Assembly: GCA_963665815.1 (NCBI GenBank)
Contig: OY762463.1
Location: forward strand, 704,001 to 768,000
DNA from: Candidatus Cloacimonadales bacterium
GTDB lineage: Bacteria > Cloacimonadota > Cloacimonadia > Cloacimonadales > JAIOQZ01
DNA: 64,000 bases
Direction: 5' to 3'
Shown piece by piece: positions 31,438 through 41,101 of this stretch; position 1 is the stretch's first letter; each line of letters begins with the position of its first letter. A program made the position numbers and the translations under genes. Below the pieces are notes generated by a model. That model searched no databases. It was given only the letters and a program-made list of their open reading frames with translations, and was not told the DNA's origin.

Positions 31438-32730
31438 ATGAAATTCAAATTTTTCATTATTCTATTGATTATCTGGATTGCAATCAAGCTTGATGCTTCA
31501 GAAACAAGAACTTATACATGGAATTTCCTTGGATCAAGCTGGACGTTTGAGCTTGAGCTGAATGAAGAATCCATGAAATTCTATAAATCAAGATCCCGAC
31601 TCAGGGATTATGACCTTTATGTTACAGATTCTTTCGATGATAAGTTCATCAAGTCAGTTGTAAGCTCACTTGAGAAGGCTGCAGAAGAAAACAATATCCC
31701 TCAATCACAGGTTCCACACTTTGTGATTTCTTTTGTGCAGCATCTCCCCTATACTGAAGACAATGTAACAGCGGGATTTGACGAATACCCAAGATTTCCC
31801 TATGAAACATTATATGAGAATGGTGGTGACTGTGAAGATACATCGATTCTGGTATCCGCACTTCTCAGAGAAATGGGTTACGATGTTGTGCTGCTTAAAT
31901 ACAAATCTCATCTTGCTGTTGGTGTTATGGCGAAACTTGCCGGTGGAAGCTATTTCATTCATAACAACCAAAAGTACTATTACCTGGAAACAACCGGAAG
32001 TAATTGGAAACTTGGTTCTATCCCGGATGAATACGCTAATGAGGATCTGGATGTAATTCCAATAAAAGTACGCGAAGATTTTGATGTTGTTTTAAAATCC
32101 GAATATACATACAATGCCACAGCTGCTTCTGTTGATGTCATTGCTGAATTGACAAATGTTGGATCAAAACGATCGAGCAACACAAGAATATTTGTTTATC
32201 TACTCAAAAAAAATGGAAATCTCTGGTCATCTAAATCAGACAATCTTAAACAACTTAAACCTGAAGATAAAATAACTTACAAGTTTACTGATCTTCATGC
32301 GTCATCCATTGAGCCGTTTAAAATAAGACTTGCTATCAAGAGAAAACATGAATTAATCACACAGATTGAGAGTGAATGGATAACATGTACAGCTCCAATG
32401 CCAGAGATAATGCTTGATTTTGCATCTTCATACAGATACAATAAAATTCTTTCAAGCGTAGAAGTAGATGTTGATATAAATCTGGAAAACAAGGGCTCTC
32501 TGAATGCAAAAGATGCTTATCTGCTTGTTTCACTTGAAAATCCCGAAACACACATTTCCTGGGACATTGAAAAAAGAGTAATCGGCTCACTAAATACGGG
32601 AGAGAAAAGAAAGATCAGGATAACAGATCTAAAGGCCAAAACAAAACTTGATATAAAAATCGTGGTTAAACTGAAAGGTTCTAATTTTGATGAATTAAAA
32701 CTTGCCAGTGACTGGCTTGTTCTTAAATAA
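31438..32730 (+). CDS. Secreted transglutaminase-like cysteine protease domain + two CARDB-like Ig domains
   Basis: FVQ.LPY..D, YP.ETLY..GGDCED, HLAVG, YYYLETT; C-terminal repeats with (L/E)TN.GS..(S/A). Confidence 0.75.
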   Translation: MKFKFFIILLIIWIAIKLDASETRTYTWNFLGSSWTFELELNEESMKFYKSRSRLRDYDLYVTDSFDDKFIKSVVSSLEKAAEENNIPQSQVPHFVISFVQHLPYTEDNVTAGFDEYPRFPYETLYENGGDCEDTSILVSALLREMGYDVVLLKYKSHLAVGVMAKLAGGSYFIHNNQKYYYLETTGSNWKLGSIPDEYANEDLDVIPIKVREDFDVVLKSEYTYNATAASVDVIAELTNVGSKRSSNTRIFVYLLKKNGNLWSSKSDNLKQLKPEDKITYKFTDLHASSIEPFKIRLAIKRKHELITQIESEWITCTAPMPEIMLDFASSYRYNKILSSVEVDVDINLENKGSLNAKDAYLLVSLENPETHISWDIEKRVIGSLNTGEKRKIRITDLKAKTKLDIKIVVKLKGSNFDELKLASDWLVLK

Positions 32731-32758
32731 TTGAATAAAAAACATTCAGGCAGGTTAA

Positions 32759-35071
32759 ATGTTAGAGTACTCTTATCAAAACAGCACAAAAGATTCTGGT
32801 TCTCAATGGAAATCATATCTTGAACTGGATATAAAAATATCTGATATTGCAGACAATAGTATTAATGATTCCTTATTTGAGAAAAGACTTGAAGATAACT
32901 GTATTCTTAACAACATTTCAGATTCCGGCAAAAAATATTCGAAAACTGTCTGTGGAAGCTTTTCGAAAGGCATTGAGTACCTGATTAAAAGTTATTCGAT
33001 GCTCGAACAAGACATATACTGGAAGAACAGTTTAAAATTTGATGCTTCACTTCTGGCAAACATCATCAGTTCAGACATGACCTTTTTAAGTGATCAGCTA
33101 AATTGGAAGGATGATGAGATTGAACTCCTTAGATCTGCTTTTGAAAATTACTATTCTCTGACAAACAGTTACGAAAATGCAGATAAAGCATTACAAAAGT
33201 TGCTTGAAATTGATAAACTCAAACCTGAGAATTACTATATACATTACAAAATCGGCATGATTTATCTGTTTTCTCCTTCATGCCTCGATATTGAAAAAGC
33301 TGAATTTTTCTTCAGAAAATGTATACATAATTCAATGTCAAAGCATTCTTCTCTGGCAATTCAACTTACAAAGCACACACTGCCTTCATCTATAGATATT
33401 TTGAATATCAATGATCTTGTAAGATATTACACTGCTGAAGCATATTATAAGTATAGCATATTGAATTATATAAAGGGAGAATTTGATAAAGGTTTAAAGA
33501 ATGCGGCCAAAGCATTCACAATAAATCCTGATCTTCATAATTCATTATATCTACAGGCAAAAATCTTTGCTGTGCAGAATAAAATTCAGGAGGCAATATC
33601 AATCTTCAATAAACTGTCTGATATTAATCCCATCTATGCAGTTAAATCAGTTTTTGATCATGACTTCTGTTCAAAGTCAAGAATACTTGATTATTTCGAT
33701 AAAATCCGAAATGTTAATGTATCAATGGTACTTAACCTTTTAGTATTATTAAAGAAAAAAAAGGTAAAAAATAGTGTTACAAACCAGTACATCGTAAAAA
33801 TTGAAAAATCTCTCGAACAGGATAATTCATTTCTATCATCTTATCGGGCCCTAAGGCTTGTTAAAGATAAAAGAATATGGGTAATAAAAGATTATGTAAT
33901 TGATACAACATCAAAACCGATTGTTCTGCAAGCTCATAAATCGCCTGTATCATCGTTGTGTTTTCATCCATACCTTAACATGCTTGTTTCAGGGAGCTGG
34001 GATTCTTCAATTATTGAGTGGAATCTCAAGAATCAGAAGATTATCAAGCATTACAGGGGCTTTCGCGGAGAAATAACCTGTGCAGCGTACAGCAGTTCAG
34101 GTAAATACATTATTGCAGTAACTTCAGAAGGCCATGCAAAACTAATTGACTCCTCAGAATCAATTGTTATAAAGGATTGGGATTTCGGGAAATGCATAAT
34201 ATCCTCTGCCTGTTTTTCAAGAGATGATAAAACTATTTATTTTGGGTGCTCAGATAAGCAGATACGGATAATTGATCGAAAATCCGATTCCGTTTCCAGC
34301 ATCAGGACATCCGATTCTGTGACCGTAATGGAACATTTGAATATGTCAGAAGGAATTGTCTGGGGTGAAAGTTCAGGGGCAGTCCACTATAACAACTTCG
34401 ACAGTAACACAAAACTTGTTTTTAAAGAACACAATGCGACTATTACGGCATTATCCCTGAATAGTATTGACTCAAAAATTGTTTCAGCAAGTGAAGATAA
34501 AATTGCAGTTATCTGGGATCTTGAGACTGAAAAAGCAGTTACGAAAATTAAAAGTACAGGTATAAAGTTCCATGATATTGATTTCAGTCCAAACGATACT
34601 TTGTTCGCAGCTGCCTGCTCTGATAATTTTACAAGGCTGTATAACCTGTCAGGACGAGAGATAGGAAAATACTCAGGTCATAAAATAAGTGTTGAAGCTG
34701 TTAAGATGCAGAAAACAGGAAATGTTCTTGCAACAGCCGGATATGATAAAAACGTAAAGCTCTGGGGAAAATTCATAGTTCAAAATACATTCAATGTTTC
34801 TCTAAGAGATATTGTATCTGTAGAAATTAAGAATGCAAAGAATCTCGAAGCTTATGAATCTAACATTACTCGAATCAAAGAAAAAACCGCAAGCTGTCTT
34901 CTTATAGAAGGAAAAGAATACTTTGAAAATGCAAGAGAAGAAGAAAAAAAGCAAAACAAACGTTTTGGAACTAAAGATTACAAGAAAGCATACAATTTAT
35001 ATGTTAAAGCATATGAAGCAGGTGTTACCGATGCAGAAGATAAAATCAAGGAACTCAAATCCAAGCTATAG
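32759..35071 (+). CDS. TPR + WD40 repeat protein
   Basis: TPR helices in the N-half; WD40 blades AHKSPVSSLCF..SGSWD..IIEWN, EHNATITAL..SASEDK..IWD, GHKISVEAV..TAGYDKNVKLW. Confidence 0.8.
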   Translation: MLEYSYQNSTKDSGSQWKSYLELDIKISDIADNSINDSLFEKRLEDNCILNNISDSGKKYSKTVCGSFSKGIEYLIKSYSMLEQDIYWKNSLKFDASLLANIISSDMTFLSDQLNWKDDEIELLRSAFENYYSLTNSYENADKALQKLLEIDKLKPENYYIHYKIGMIYLFSPSCLDIEKAEFFFRKCIHNSMSKHSSLAIQLTKHTLPSSIDILNINDLVRYYTAEAYYKYSILNYIKGEFDKGLKNAAKAFTINPDLHNSLYLQAKIFAVQNKIQEAISIFNKLSDINPIYAVKSVFDHDFCSKSRILDYFDKIRNVNVSMVLNLLVLLKKKKVKNSVTNQYIVKIEKSLEQDNSFLSSYRALRLVKDKRIWVIKDYVIDTTSKPIVLQAHKSPVSSLCFHPYLNMLVSGSWDSSIIEWNLKNQKIIKHYRGFRGEITCAAYSSSGKYIIAVTSEGHAKLIDSSESIVIKDWDFGKCIISSACFSRDDKTIYFGCSDKQIRIIDRKSDSVSSIRTSDSVTVMEHLNMSEGIVWGESSGAVHYNNFDSNTKLVFKEHNATITALSLNSIDSKIVSASEDKIAVIWDLETEKAVTKIKSTGIKFHDIDFSPNDTLFAAACSDNFTRLYNLSGREIGKYSGHKISVEAVKMQKTGNVLATAGYDKNVKLWGKFIVQNTFNVSLRDIVSVEIKNAKNLEAYESNITRIKEKTASCLLIEGKEYFENAREEEKKQNKRFGTKDYKKAYNLYVKAYEAGVTDAEDKIKELKSKL

Positions 35072-35073
35072 AT

Positions 35074-36189
35074 TTATATAAGCTCCCAGTCTTTATAAAT
35101 TATCTGATATCCTGCGTTCTCTACAAATTCAACAATTTCTTCCGTTGTTCTTGCATCAGAAATCTCAAATTGCGGTGTTTCCTCAGAATGATCACTGGAA
35201 TAGCCACCAACCTGTGTATTTGACTCTGCAGAAAATCTTGTTACTCCCAATGGTAAAACATTATTGCGGAATTCTGCATTTTCTCTTGTCGAAACAGTGA
35301 TTCCAACTCTTGGCAGGAATAATCTGAATGCACTCATATATTGAACAAATTTTTTATCTGATAATGGATACTTTGCCAAATATGATCCTTCAGCATTATT
35401 TATTCGAGGTAAAGAAATACTTATTTCTGTATCAAGATATTTCCGTTGTAGGTAGTCAGCATGTAAAGCACAGAAAAAAGCTTCTTTATATGTATCAGTC
35501 AGCCCAAACAAAGGACCTATACCTATCATACGAAAGCCTGCTTCAGCTCCTCTTTCCGGAGTAAGAATCCTGAAATCATAATCACGCTTTTTACCTTTAA
35601 GGTGTACTTCTTTGTATACATCACGGTTATATACTTCCTGATACACTGTCAAACCATCTACACCAGCTTCCTTCAGTCTATGGTAATCCTCGGTTTCCAT
35701 TGGATACACTTCGATGGATATTGAAGAAAAATAATCTTTGGCAATTTCAACTGCTTTAATAATATAATCCACAGTTGCCATGCCAGGAGCTTCTCCGGTT
35801 AGCAGAAGAAGATGCTTCATTTTTGTATGAGATATTATCTTCATCTGTTCTCGTATTTCATCTTCTGTCAACTGCAGTCTCTTAATCTGGTTTTTATGAT
35901 TGAATCCACAGTATATGCATTCATTACTGCAGTAGTTGGAAATATAAAGAGGAATATAGAGTTGGATTGTTCTCCCGAAATACTGTATTGTTTCATTGTG
36001 AGATTTTCGAGCCATTTCTTCTATGAAAGTTTCAGCCCTATCTGACAATAAATTAAGTAAATCATTAATATTTCTATCTTTTTTATTAAGACTTCTTCTT
36101 ATATCTTCATCTGTTACATTCTTATTATATGCTTCGAAATCGAAATTTTCGTATTTATTTATCAGGTCTCTGAAGTCACAGTTTAACAT
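35074..36189 (-). CDS. thiH: 2-iminoacetate synthase ThiH (radical SAM)
   Basis: YIPLYISNYCSNECIYCGF (CxxxCxxC), LLLTGE, YQEVY, ISLPR, STRE, QFEISD.R; downstream of thiG. Confidence 0.95.
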   Translation of the reverse strand: MLNCDFRDLINKYENFDFEAYNKNVTDEDIRRSLNKKDRNINDLLNLLSDRAETFIEEMARKSHNETIQYFGRTIQLYIPLYISNYCSNECIYCGFNHKNQIKRLQLTEDEIREQMKIISHTKMKHLLLLTGEAPGMATVDYIIKAVEIAKDYFSSISIEVYPMETEDYHRLKEAGVDGLTVYQEVYNRDVYKEVHLKGKKRDYDFRILTPERGAEAGFRMIGIGPLFGLTDTYKEAFFCALHADYLQRKYLDTEISISLPRINNAEGSYLAKYPLSDKKFVQYMSAFRLFLPRVGITVSTRENAEFRNNVLPLGVTRFSAESNTQVGGYSSDHSEETPQFEISDARTTEEIVEFVENAGYQIIYKDWELI

Positions 36190-36204
36190 GTTTATCTTCC
36201 TATT

Positions 36205-36978
36205 TTATCGGAGAAATCCGGTTAATGGAGATGATGCATCTGCCACCATTTTTTCTTCTGCAAGTCTTGCTGTAAAAGCCATTCTACCTGCTTTAACAGC
36301 CATACTGAAAGCTTTACCCATTGCTTCAGGATCAGCAGCAGCAGAAATTGCAGTATTAACAAGAACAGCATCTGCTCCCATTTCCATAGCTTCAGCAGCT
36401 TGAGAAGGTCTGCCTATTCCTGCATCAACAATTACCGGAACGGATGAAACATCAATCATCATTCTGATGATTTCTTTTGTTTGAAGTCCTCTGTTAGATC
36501 CAATTGCAGAGCCAAGAGGCATTACTGCTGAAGCACCTGCATCAATCATTTTTCTGGTTGCAGCAACATCTGCCATCATATATGGTAAAACAACAAATCC
36601 TTCATTTGCTAAAATTCGGGTTGCTTTAAGTGTTTCTTCATTATCCGGCATAAGATATTTAAGATCTGTTATGACTTCAATTTTAATAAAATCTCCACAA
36701 CCGGCAGCTCTGGCAATTCTGGCTATTCTAATGGCTTCTTCTGCATTTCTTGCACCTGAAGTATTAGGAAGCAGTCTTACAGTGTCAGGAATATATGATA
36801 GTATATTATCTTGTTCTGTCGATGGATCTACTCTTCTTAACGCAACAGTAATCATTTCAGATCCGCTTGCTTCCAGCATCTTGGGGATAAGCAATTTAGA
36901 GGAAAATTTCCCGGTACCTGTAAACAACCTGTTACTGAATTCATAATCTGCAATTTTAAATGTATCTTTCATAATCAT
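36205..36978 (-). CDS. thiG: Thiazole synthase ThiG
   Basis: [52 protein letters not shown]. Confidence 0.97.
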   Translation of the reverse strand: MIMKDTFKIADYEFSNRLFTGTGKFSSKLLIPKMLEASGSEMITVALRRVDPSTEQDNILSYIPDTVRLLPNTSGARNAEEAIRIARIARAAGCGDFIKIEVITDLKYLMPDNEETLKATRILANEGFVVLPYMMADVAATRKMIDAGASAVMPLGSAIGSNRGLQTKEIIRMMIDVSSVPVIVDAGIGRPSQAAEAMEMGADAVLVNTAISAAADPEAMGKAFSMAVKAGRMAFTARLAEEKMVADASSPLTGFLR

Positions 36979-37172
36979 CCACCTCCGACAAAACTGAGAA
37001 CTTCAATCTTGTCATTTTCTTTGAGAGCTTGAGTTGACCAGTCTTCCGGCTTAACAATCAAACCGTTGTATTCAACAATTAAAGAAGCTCTGTTCAGCTT
37101 GAGTAAATCTATATATTCGGAAAGAGTTACCGAATCAGTATTTTCTTCTTTTCCATTTACTATTATTTTCAC
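36975..37172 (-). CDS. thiS: Sulfur carrier protein ThiS
   Basis: Ubiquitin-like, ends [14 protein letters not shown] start at 37172 after AGGAG. Confidence 0.95.
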   Translation of the reverse strand: MKIIVNGKEENTDSVTLSEYIDLLKLNRASLIVEYNGLIVKPEDWSTQALKENDKIEVLSFVGGG

Positions 37173-37284
37173 TTTTTTCTCCTGAATCAAGGCTTTTTTT
37201 TAGAGAGCTCAGGTCAATAGATTTTTGGATTAACTTTCACGGTACAATTTAATACTCTTAAATTCATCGGCAATAAGAAATTTG

Positions 37285-37896
37285 TCATCTGAGTTCCATT
37301 CTCATTTTTAACCAGCAGCTGATATTAAAAACTTTTTTAAGTATTAATGATTTACTCTTACTGCTAATGAAGAATCCAACTCGTTTGTAAAGATGGATTG
37401 CAGGATTTGAACTGGCAACATTGATTGTGAGAAGTCTTAACCCTCTTATACTGGCAATATTCCGGGCATATTTCAGCAATGCTGTTCCAACCCCTTGATT
37501 CCGGTATTCTGAACCCACAGCTACAAGCTCAATATAGCATTCATTCCCGGCTGGCTTGTTATGCAAGATTCTCAAGCCTGCCCAGATTCTTATACTTTTC
37601 CATAGACCTACCTGCAAAGCTTTGAAGTAATACAGAAAATTCGTTTTTCTGGTTTTCTGATTTTTCCACCTCAATATAAGAAGTCCCACAATTTCTCCAT
37701 CAACTACAGCAACATAATAACCCTTGAAAGGTATCGTCTTTATGACTGAAACCAGATGCATTAGCTCCACTAAGTTAGAGTCTTCAAAGCTGAGCAGCTT
37801 AGTATACTTACTCTTATATGCATCCACAATTATACTTTTACAAATATCCAGATCAGATTCGTAAAAGGGTCTTATAACAAGGTTCTTTTTTTCCAA
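37285..37896 (-). CDS. GNAT family N-acetyltransferase
   Basis: YIELVAV..EYRNQGVGTALL (motif A), NPAIHLYKRVGF (motif B). Confidence 0.88.
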   Translation of the reverse strand: MEKKNLVIRPFYESDLDICKSIIVDAYKSKYTKLLSFEDSNLVELMHLVSVIKTIPFKGYYVAVVDGEIVGLLILRWKNQKTRKTNFLYYFKALQVGLWKSIRIWAGLRILHNKPAGNECYIELVAVGSEYRNQGVGTALLKYARNIASIRGLRLLTINVASSNPAIHLYKRVGFFISSKSKSLILKKVFNISCWLKMRMELR

Positions 37897-38120
37897 AATA
37901 TCATCCTGTTTAAATTTAGTTAACTACAACTATTGAGTATGCCATATTAATTAACTCAAATTAAAAATCAAGTTTCGTTTTGAGAAAATTTTATTCTTGA
38001 CAATTTATATTATACATATTTTATTTTTGGGAATTCAAACAGTACTGTAAAAAATGCAGGTAAGTGAGACATTTACCAGCAAAAGAATCAGATTCTTATT
38101 TTATGTATATTTTCGATTAA

Positions 38121-38229
38121 ATGTGTACGGGATACATGTATTCTTTTTTTAGAATATATGTATTAGTGTGTATGCTTGAGGGAGCATATATTTAATCGAC
38201 TGCAACTGCAGTTATAGCGGAGGAAATAA
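38121..38229 (+). promoter_or_regulatory. Conserved structured 5' leader, copy 1
   Basis: Homologous to 40986-41101; hairpins ATGTGTA-CGGGA-TACATGT, GTGTATGCT-TGAGGG-AGCATATAT, ACTGC-AACT-GCAGT. Confidence 0.6.
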
Positions 38230-40872
38230 ATGAACTACAGATTCTTAATTCTACTAATCTTATTAATTGGTGCAGCAACATTCGTACAAGCAGACATGAT
38301 GGCAATGATAGCGAAAAAAGGACACACTGTTTCCGAACAGGATAGTCTTGATGGGGCATTTAATGATCCTTTTGATTACTTTGAATTTATGATGCTGATG
38401 TCTACTGATAATAATGGAATTTACCCTGGTTATCTTTCAGGTTTGGAGGATGATCATCATGCAGATCGAGTTATTAACAATGATGGATATGGAGTTATTT
38501 TTTATAGAACTAACAGCCATTACATAATTGATAATGAAGCTTATGTCGGTAATTCAAATTGCCAGAAATTCTACCAGAGAGGAGAAGATACTTATTTTCC
38601 TGGTTCAACCTGGAATCCCAATGGTGATGGAAGAGCCTTATCTTTTGCATACTCCAGAATTTTGAATGAATCCGGTTATCCAGTTCCGTATGATAATGAC
38701 AATGAAATAGCAAAAATCGTTATGGGGCATGACAGGCATGGTACAGTAGGTACAGGGAATCATCCATTCACTATTACAGATGATGACTTTGACCCAAATA
38801 GAACCTATTCCATGATGGGTACTGGTACACTAAGCTCAGCCTGCTATTCAGCTATGAGAACATTCCTTAATAATCATAACTGGTGGGCAACTCACCAGAC
38901 AAATTACTACACAAATTATTTAACCTGTCCGGATACTGAAATACTTTTTCACTATTTAGTGTACTTTATACAACAACACGATGGAGAAGTTGAAGAGGGT
39001 ATTACGCTTGCTTTAAATCAGACTAATATAAACGGTTTTAATGTCAGAGAATATTTAATGAACCCGACTGAAGGAGTTGGTGATTATGAGGATTACTGGT
39101 TAGGTGTTACAAACTTCGTATTCAGTGATGGTCAATCTTTATACCTCTTTACTAATGCAGATGAAGAGGATTTACGTCATGAACTTTCCTATAAAGATTT
39201 AGGTTCAGTATATGCAGTTAAAACACTCGCACCTGAAGGTGGAACTCTGGTCGATCAATTCAGTCTAGTAACACTCTCATCAGGTAGTACTCCTACAATT
39301 ACTCAAGGTATTCTTGATTTACAACCAGTAATTGAGCCGGGAATAAGTACAACAGATTCCAGATTCGGACATAGTGTAGATGTTTACGGCGATTTTGCTG
39401 TGATCGGTGCTCCATCTGATGATCTTGGAGGTTGGGTAACCGGTGCCGGAGCTGTTTATGTGTATAAGAAAAATGCTGAAGGTATATGGAATTTCTTCCA
39501 GCTCCTCAATCTTGATAATCCAACTTACAGTGATAATTTTGGTTATTCCGTTTCAATTGCCGGTGATTATATTGCAGTGGGTTGTCCGGGAAAAGATAAT
39601 GGAAGAATTATAAACTGTGGAGCTGTTTACAGATATGAGTACAACAGTCAGTTGAATACCTGGAGACTTAATCAGTATGCTTATGGTCAGACCGCACAAG
39701 ATCTGTTAGGAAGCTCAGTTGCAGTAAGTACTGCAAATTATGTTGCAGCCGGAGCTCCAGGCTTTGACAGCCTTGCAGGCAGATCTGTCGGTAGAGTTAA
39801 CATCTACAAAACCGATACACACGGAACACCAGTTGATCCTCTATATCACATTCAGTCATCCTTTGGTATAGAAGCTGGTTCATACTATGGATCTTCAGTA
39901 GACATTAACAATTACCTTGCTGTTGGCGGTGCTCCTAGTCATGATTTGTATGGTACTGATTCAGGATCAATTAAGTTCATTTTCTTCATCTCGGGAACCG
40001 AATCCCCCTTTACAGCCCCTGTTGAAGTTCGTGAATATGACTGCTACGGATACTCCCTTGATCTGGCGTCAGATTGTAATGATGCCGACGTAAACACTGG
40101 CACAGGTGGAATATATGCAACAGCATTCAAAACAAAACCAACAGGTTATGACTTGATTGTAGGTGCACCGGGAACAATGAGAACTATTCCTAACTATGAT
40201 TATCAAGGAAAAGCTTATATAAGCTGTCAAACAGTCATTGATGCAGAAGAAACATTTGAGTACAGACCTTACTTCGGCTACTCAGTTGCGATTGAAGAAC
40301 AACAGGCTGCAGTTGGTGCAAGAGATGCAAATCTTCAAGGTGCAGTTTATACATATAGCTATTCAGGCTCATTCCTTGATCGCTTCACTAGTCATCAGCC
40401 AGAAGACAACCAGATGTTTGGCTGTGCAGTAGCATATGATGCCGAAACATTGATGATGGGAGCATGTAATCATTTAAATGAATTAGCAAATGGTGCAGTT
40501 TACTTCCTGAATTATCCTTCAATGGGAATGCCTGCATCACGCTCTACTCTTACTTCAGGTGCAGGATACTCAGAAGAGACACCTGATGCAGGTCTTAGAA
40601 CTTGCCTTAAAGGAAACTACCCAAATCCGTTCAACCCTGAAACTGTCATCAGCTTCTCACTCAAGGAAGATACTGAAGCTGTCCTTTCTATATACAATAT
40701 GAAAGGTCAGAAAATCAAAACTCTTAAGAGCGAATACATGACTGCTGGTGAACATTCAGTTGTCTGGAATGGTAAAGACGATAATGGAAATGATGTTTCC
40801 AGCGGTGTATACTTCTATAAACTTAATACAAACAACTATTCACAGATCAATAAAATGATTCTTATGAAATAA
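38230..40872 (+). CDS. Secreted class-II glutamine amidotransferase-like (Ntn) domain + 7 FG-GAP repeats + FlgD-Ig/T9SS-like tail; paralog A (no N-terminal Cys)
   Basis: Signal peptide; NNDGYG, GHDRHGT..GNHPF, PDTE, NFVFSDG; FG-GAP blades (FGHSVDVYGDFAVIGAP etc.); NYPNPFNPET...SSGVYFYKL. Confidence 0.75.
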   Translation: MNYRFLILLILLIGAATFVQADMMAMIAKKGHTVSEQDSLDGAFNDPFDYFEFMMLMSTDNNGIYPGYLSGLEDDHHADRVINNDGYGVIFYRTNSHYIIDNEAYVGNSNCQKFYQRGEDTYFPGSTWNPNGDGRALSFAYSRILNESGYPVPYDNDNEIAKIVMGHDRHGTVGTGNHPFTITDDDFDPNRTYSMMGTGTLSSACYSAMRTFLNNHNWWATHQTNYYTNYLTCPDTEILFHYLVYFIQQHDGEVEEGITLALNQTNINGFNVREYLMNPTEGVGDYEDYWLGVTNFVFSDGQSLYLFTNADEEDLRHELSYKDLGSVYAVKTLAPEGGTLVDQFSLVTLSSGSTPTITQGILDLQPVIEPGISTTDSRFGHSVDVYGDFAVIGAPSDDLGGWVTGAGAVYVYKKNAEGIWNFFQLLNLDNPTYSDNFGYSVSIAGDYIAVGCPGKDNGRIINCGAVYRYEYNSQLNTWRLNQYAYGQTAQDLLGSSVAVSTANYVAAGAPGFDSLAGRSVGRVNIYKTDTHGTPVDPLYHIQSSFGIEAGSYYGSSVDINNYLAVGGAPSHDLYGTDSGSIKFIFFISGTESPFTAPVEVREYDCYGYSLDLASDCNDADVNTGTGGIYATAFKTKPTGYDLIVGAPGTMRTIPNYDYQGKAYISCQTVIDAEETFEYRPYFGYSVAIEEQQAAVGARDANLQGAVYTYSYSGSFLDRFTSHQPEDNQMFGCAVAYDAETLMMGACNHLNELANGAVYFLNYPSMGMPASRSTLTSGAGYSEETPDAGLRTCLKGNYPNPFNPETVISFSLKEDTEAVLSIYNMKGQKIKTLKSEYMTAGEHSVVWNGKDDNGNDVSSGVYFYKLNTNNYSQINKMILMK

Positions 40873-40896
40873 TCTATAAGAAAACTGAACATTACA

Positions 40897-40918
40897 GGCT
40901 GCCGAGAAATCGGCAGCC
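40897..40918 (+). other. GC-rich hairpin without U-tract between the paralogs
   Basis: GGCTGCCGA-GAAA-TCGGCAGCC; homologous to the terminator at 43752. Confidence 0.6.
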
Positions 40919-40985
40919 GCATTAACCCGTCTTCAGTTAACTCAACGTTACAAACAAACGATCCTTTAAGTTAATTTCGATGCTG

Positions 40986-41101
40986 ATATGTACGGGATAC
41001 ATAATTATTCCTGAGGAAAGAATAATCTTGTATTAGTGTGTATGCATGAGGGACATATACGTAATTTACTGCAACCGCAGTATATTGTTGAGGAAAGAAA
41101 A
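40986..41101 (+). promoter_or_regulatory. Conserved structured 5' leader, copy 2
   Basis: TATGTA-CGGGA-TACATA, GTGTATG-CATGAGGGA-CATATAC, TACTGC-AACC-GCAGTA; homologous to 38121-38229. Confidence 0.6.

Noticed and set aside
41036-41101. GTG-initiated N-terminal extension of paralog B given in the ORF track
   Set aside because: It lies in the conserved RNA leader. The RBS, signal peptide and alignment with paralog A place the start at 41102.
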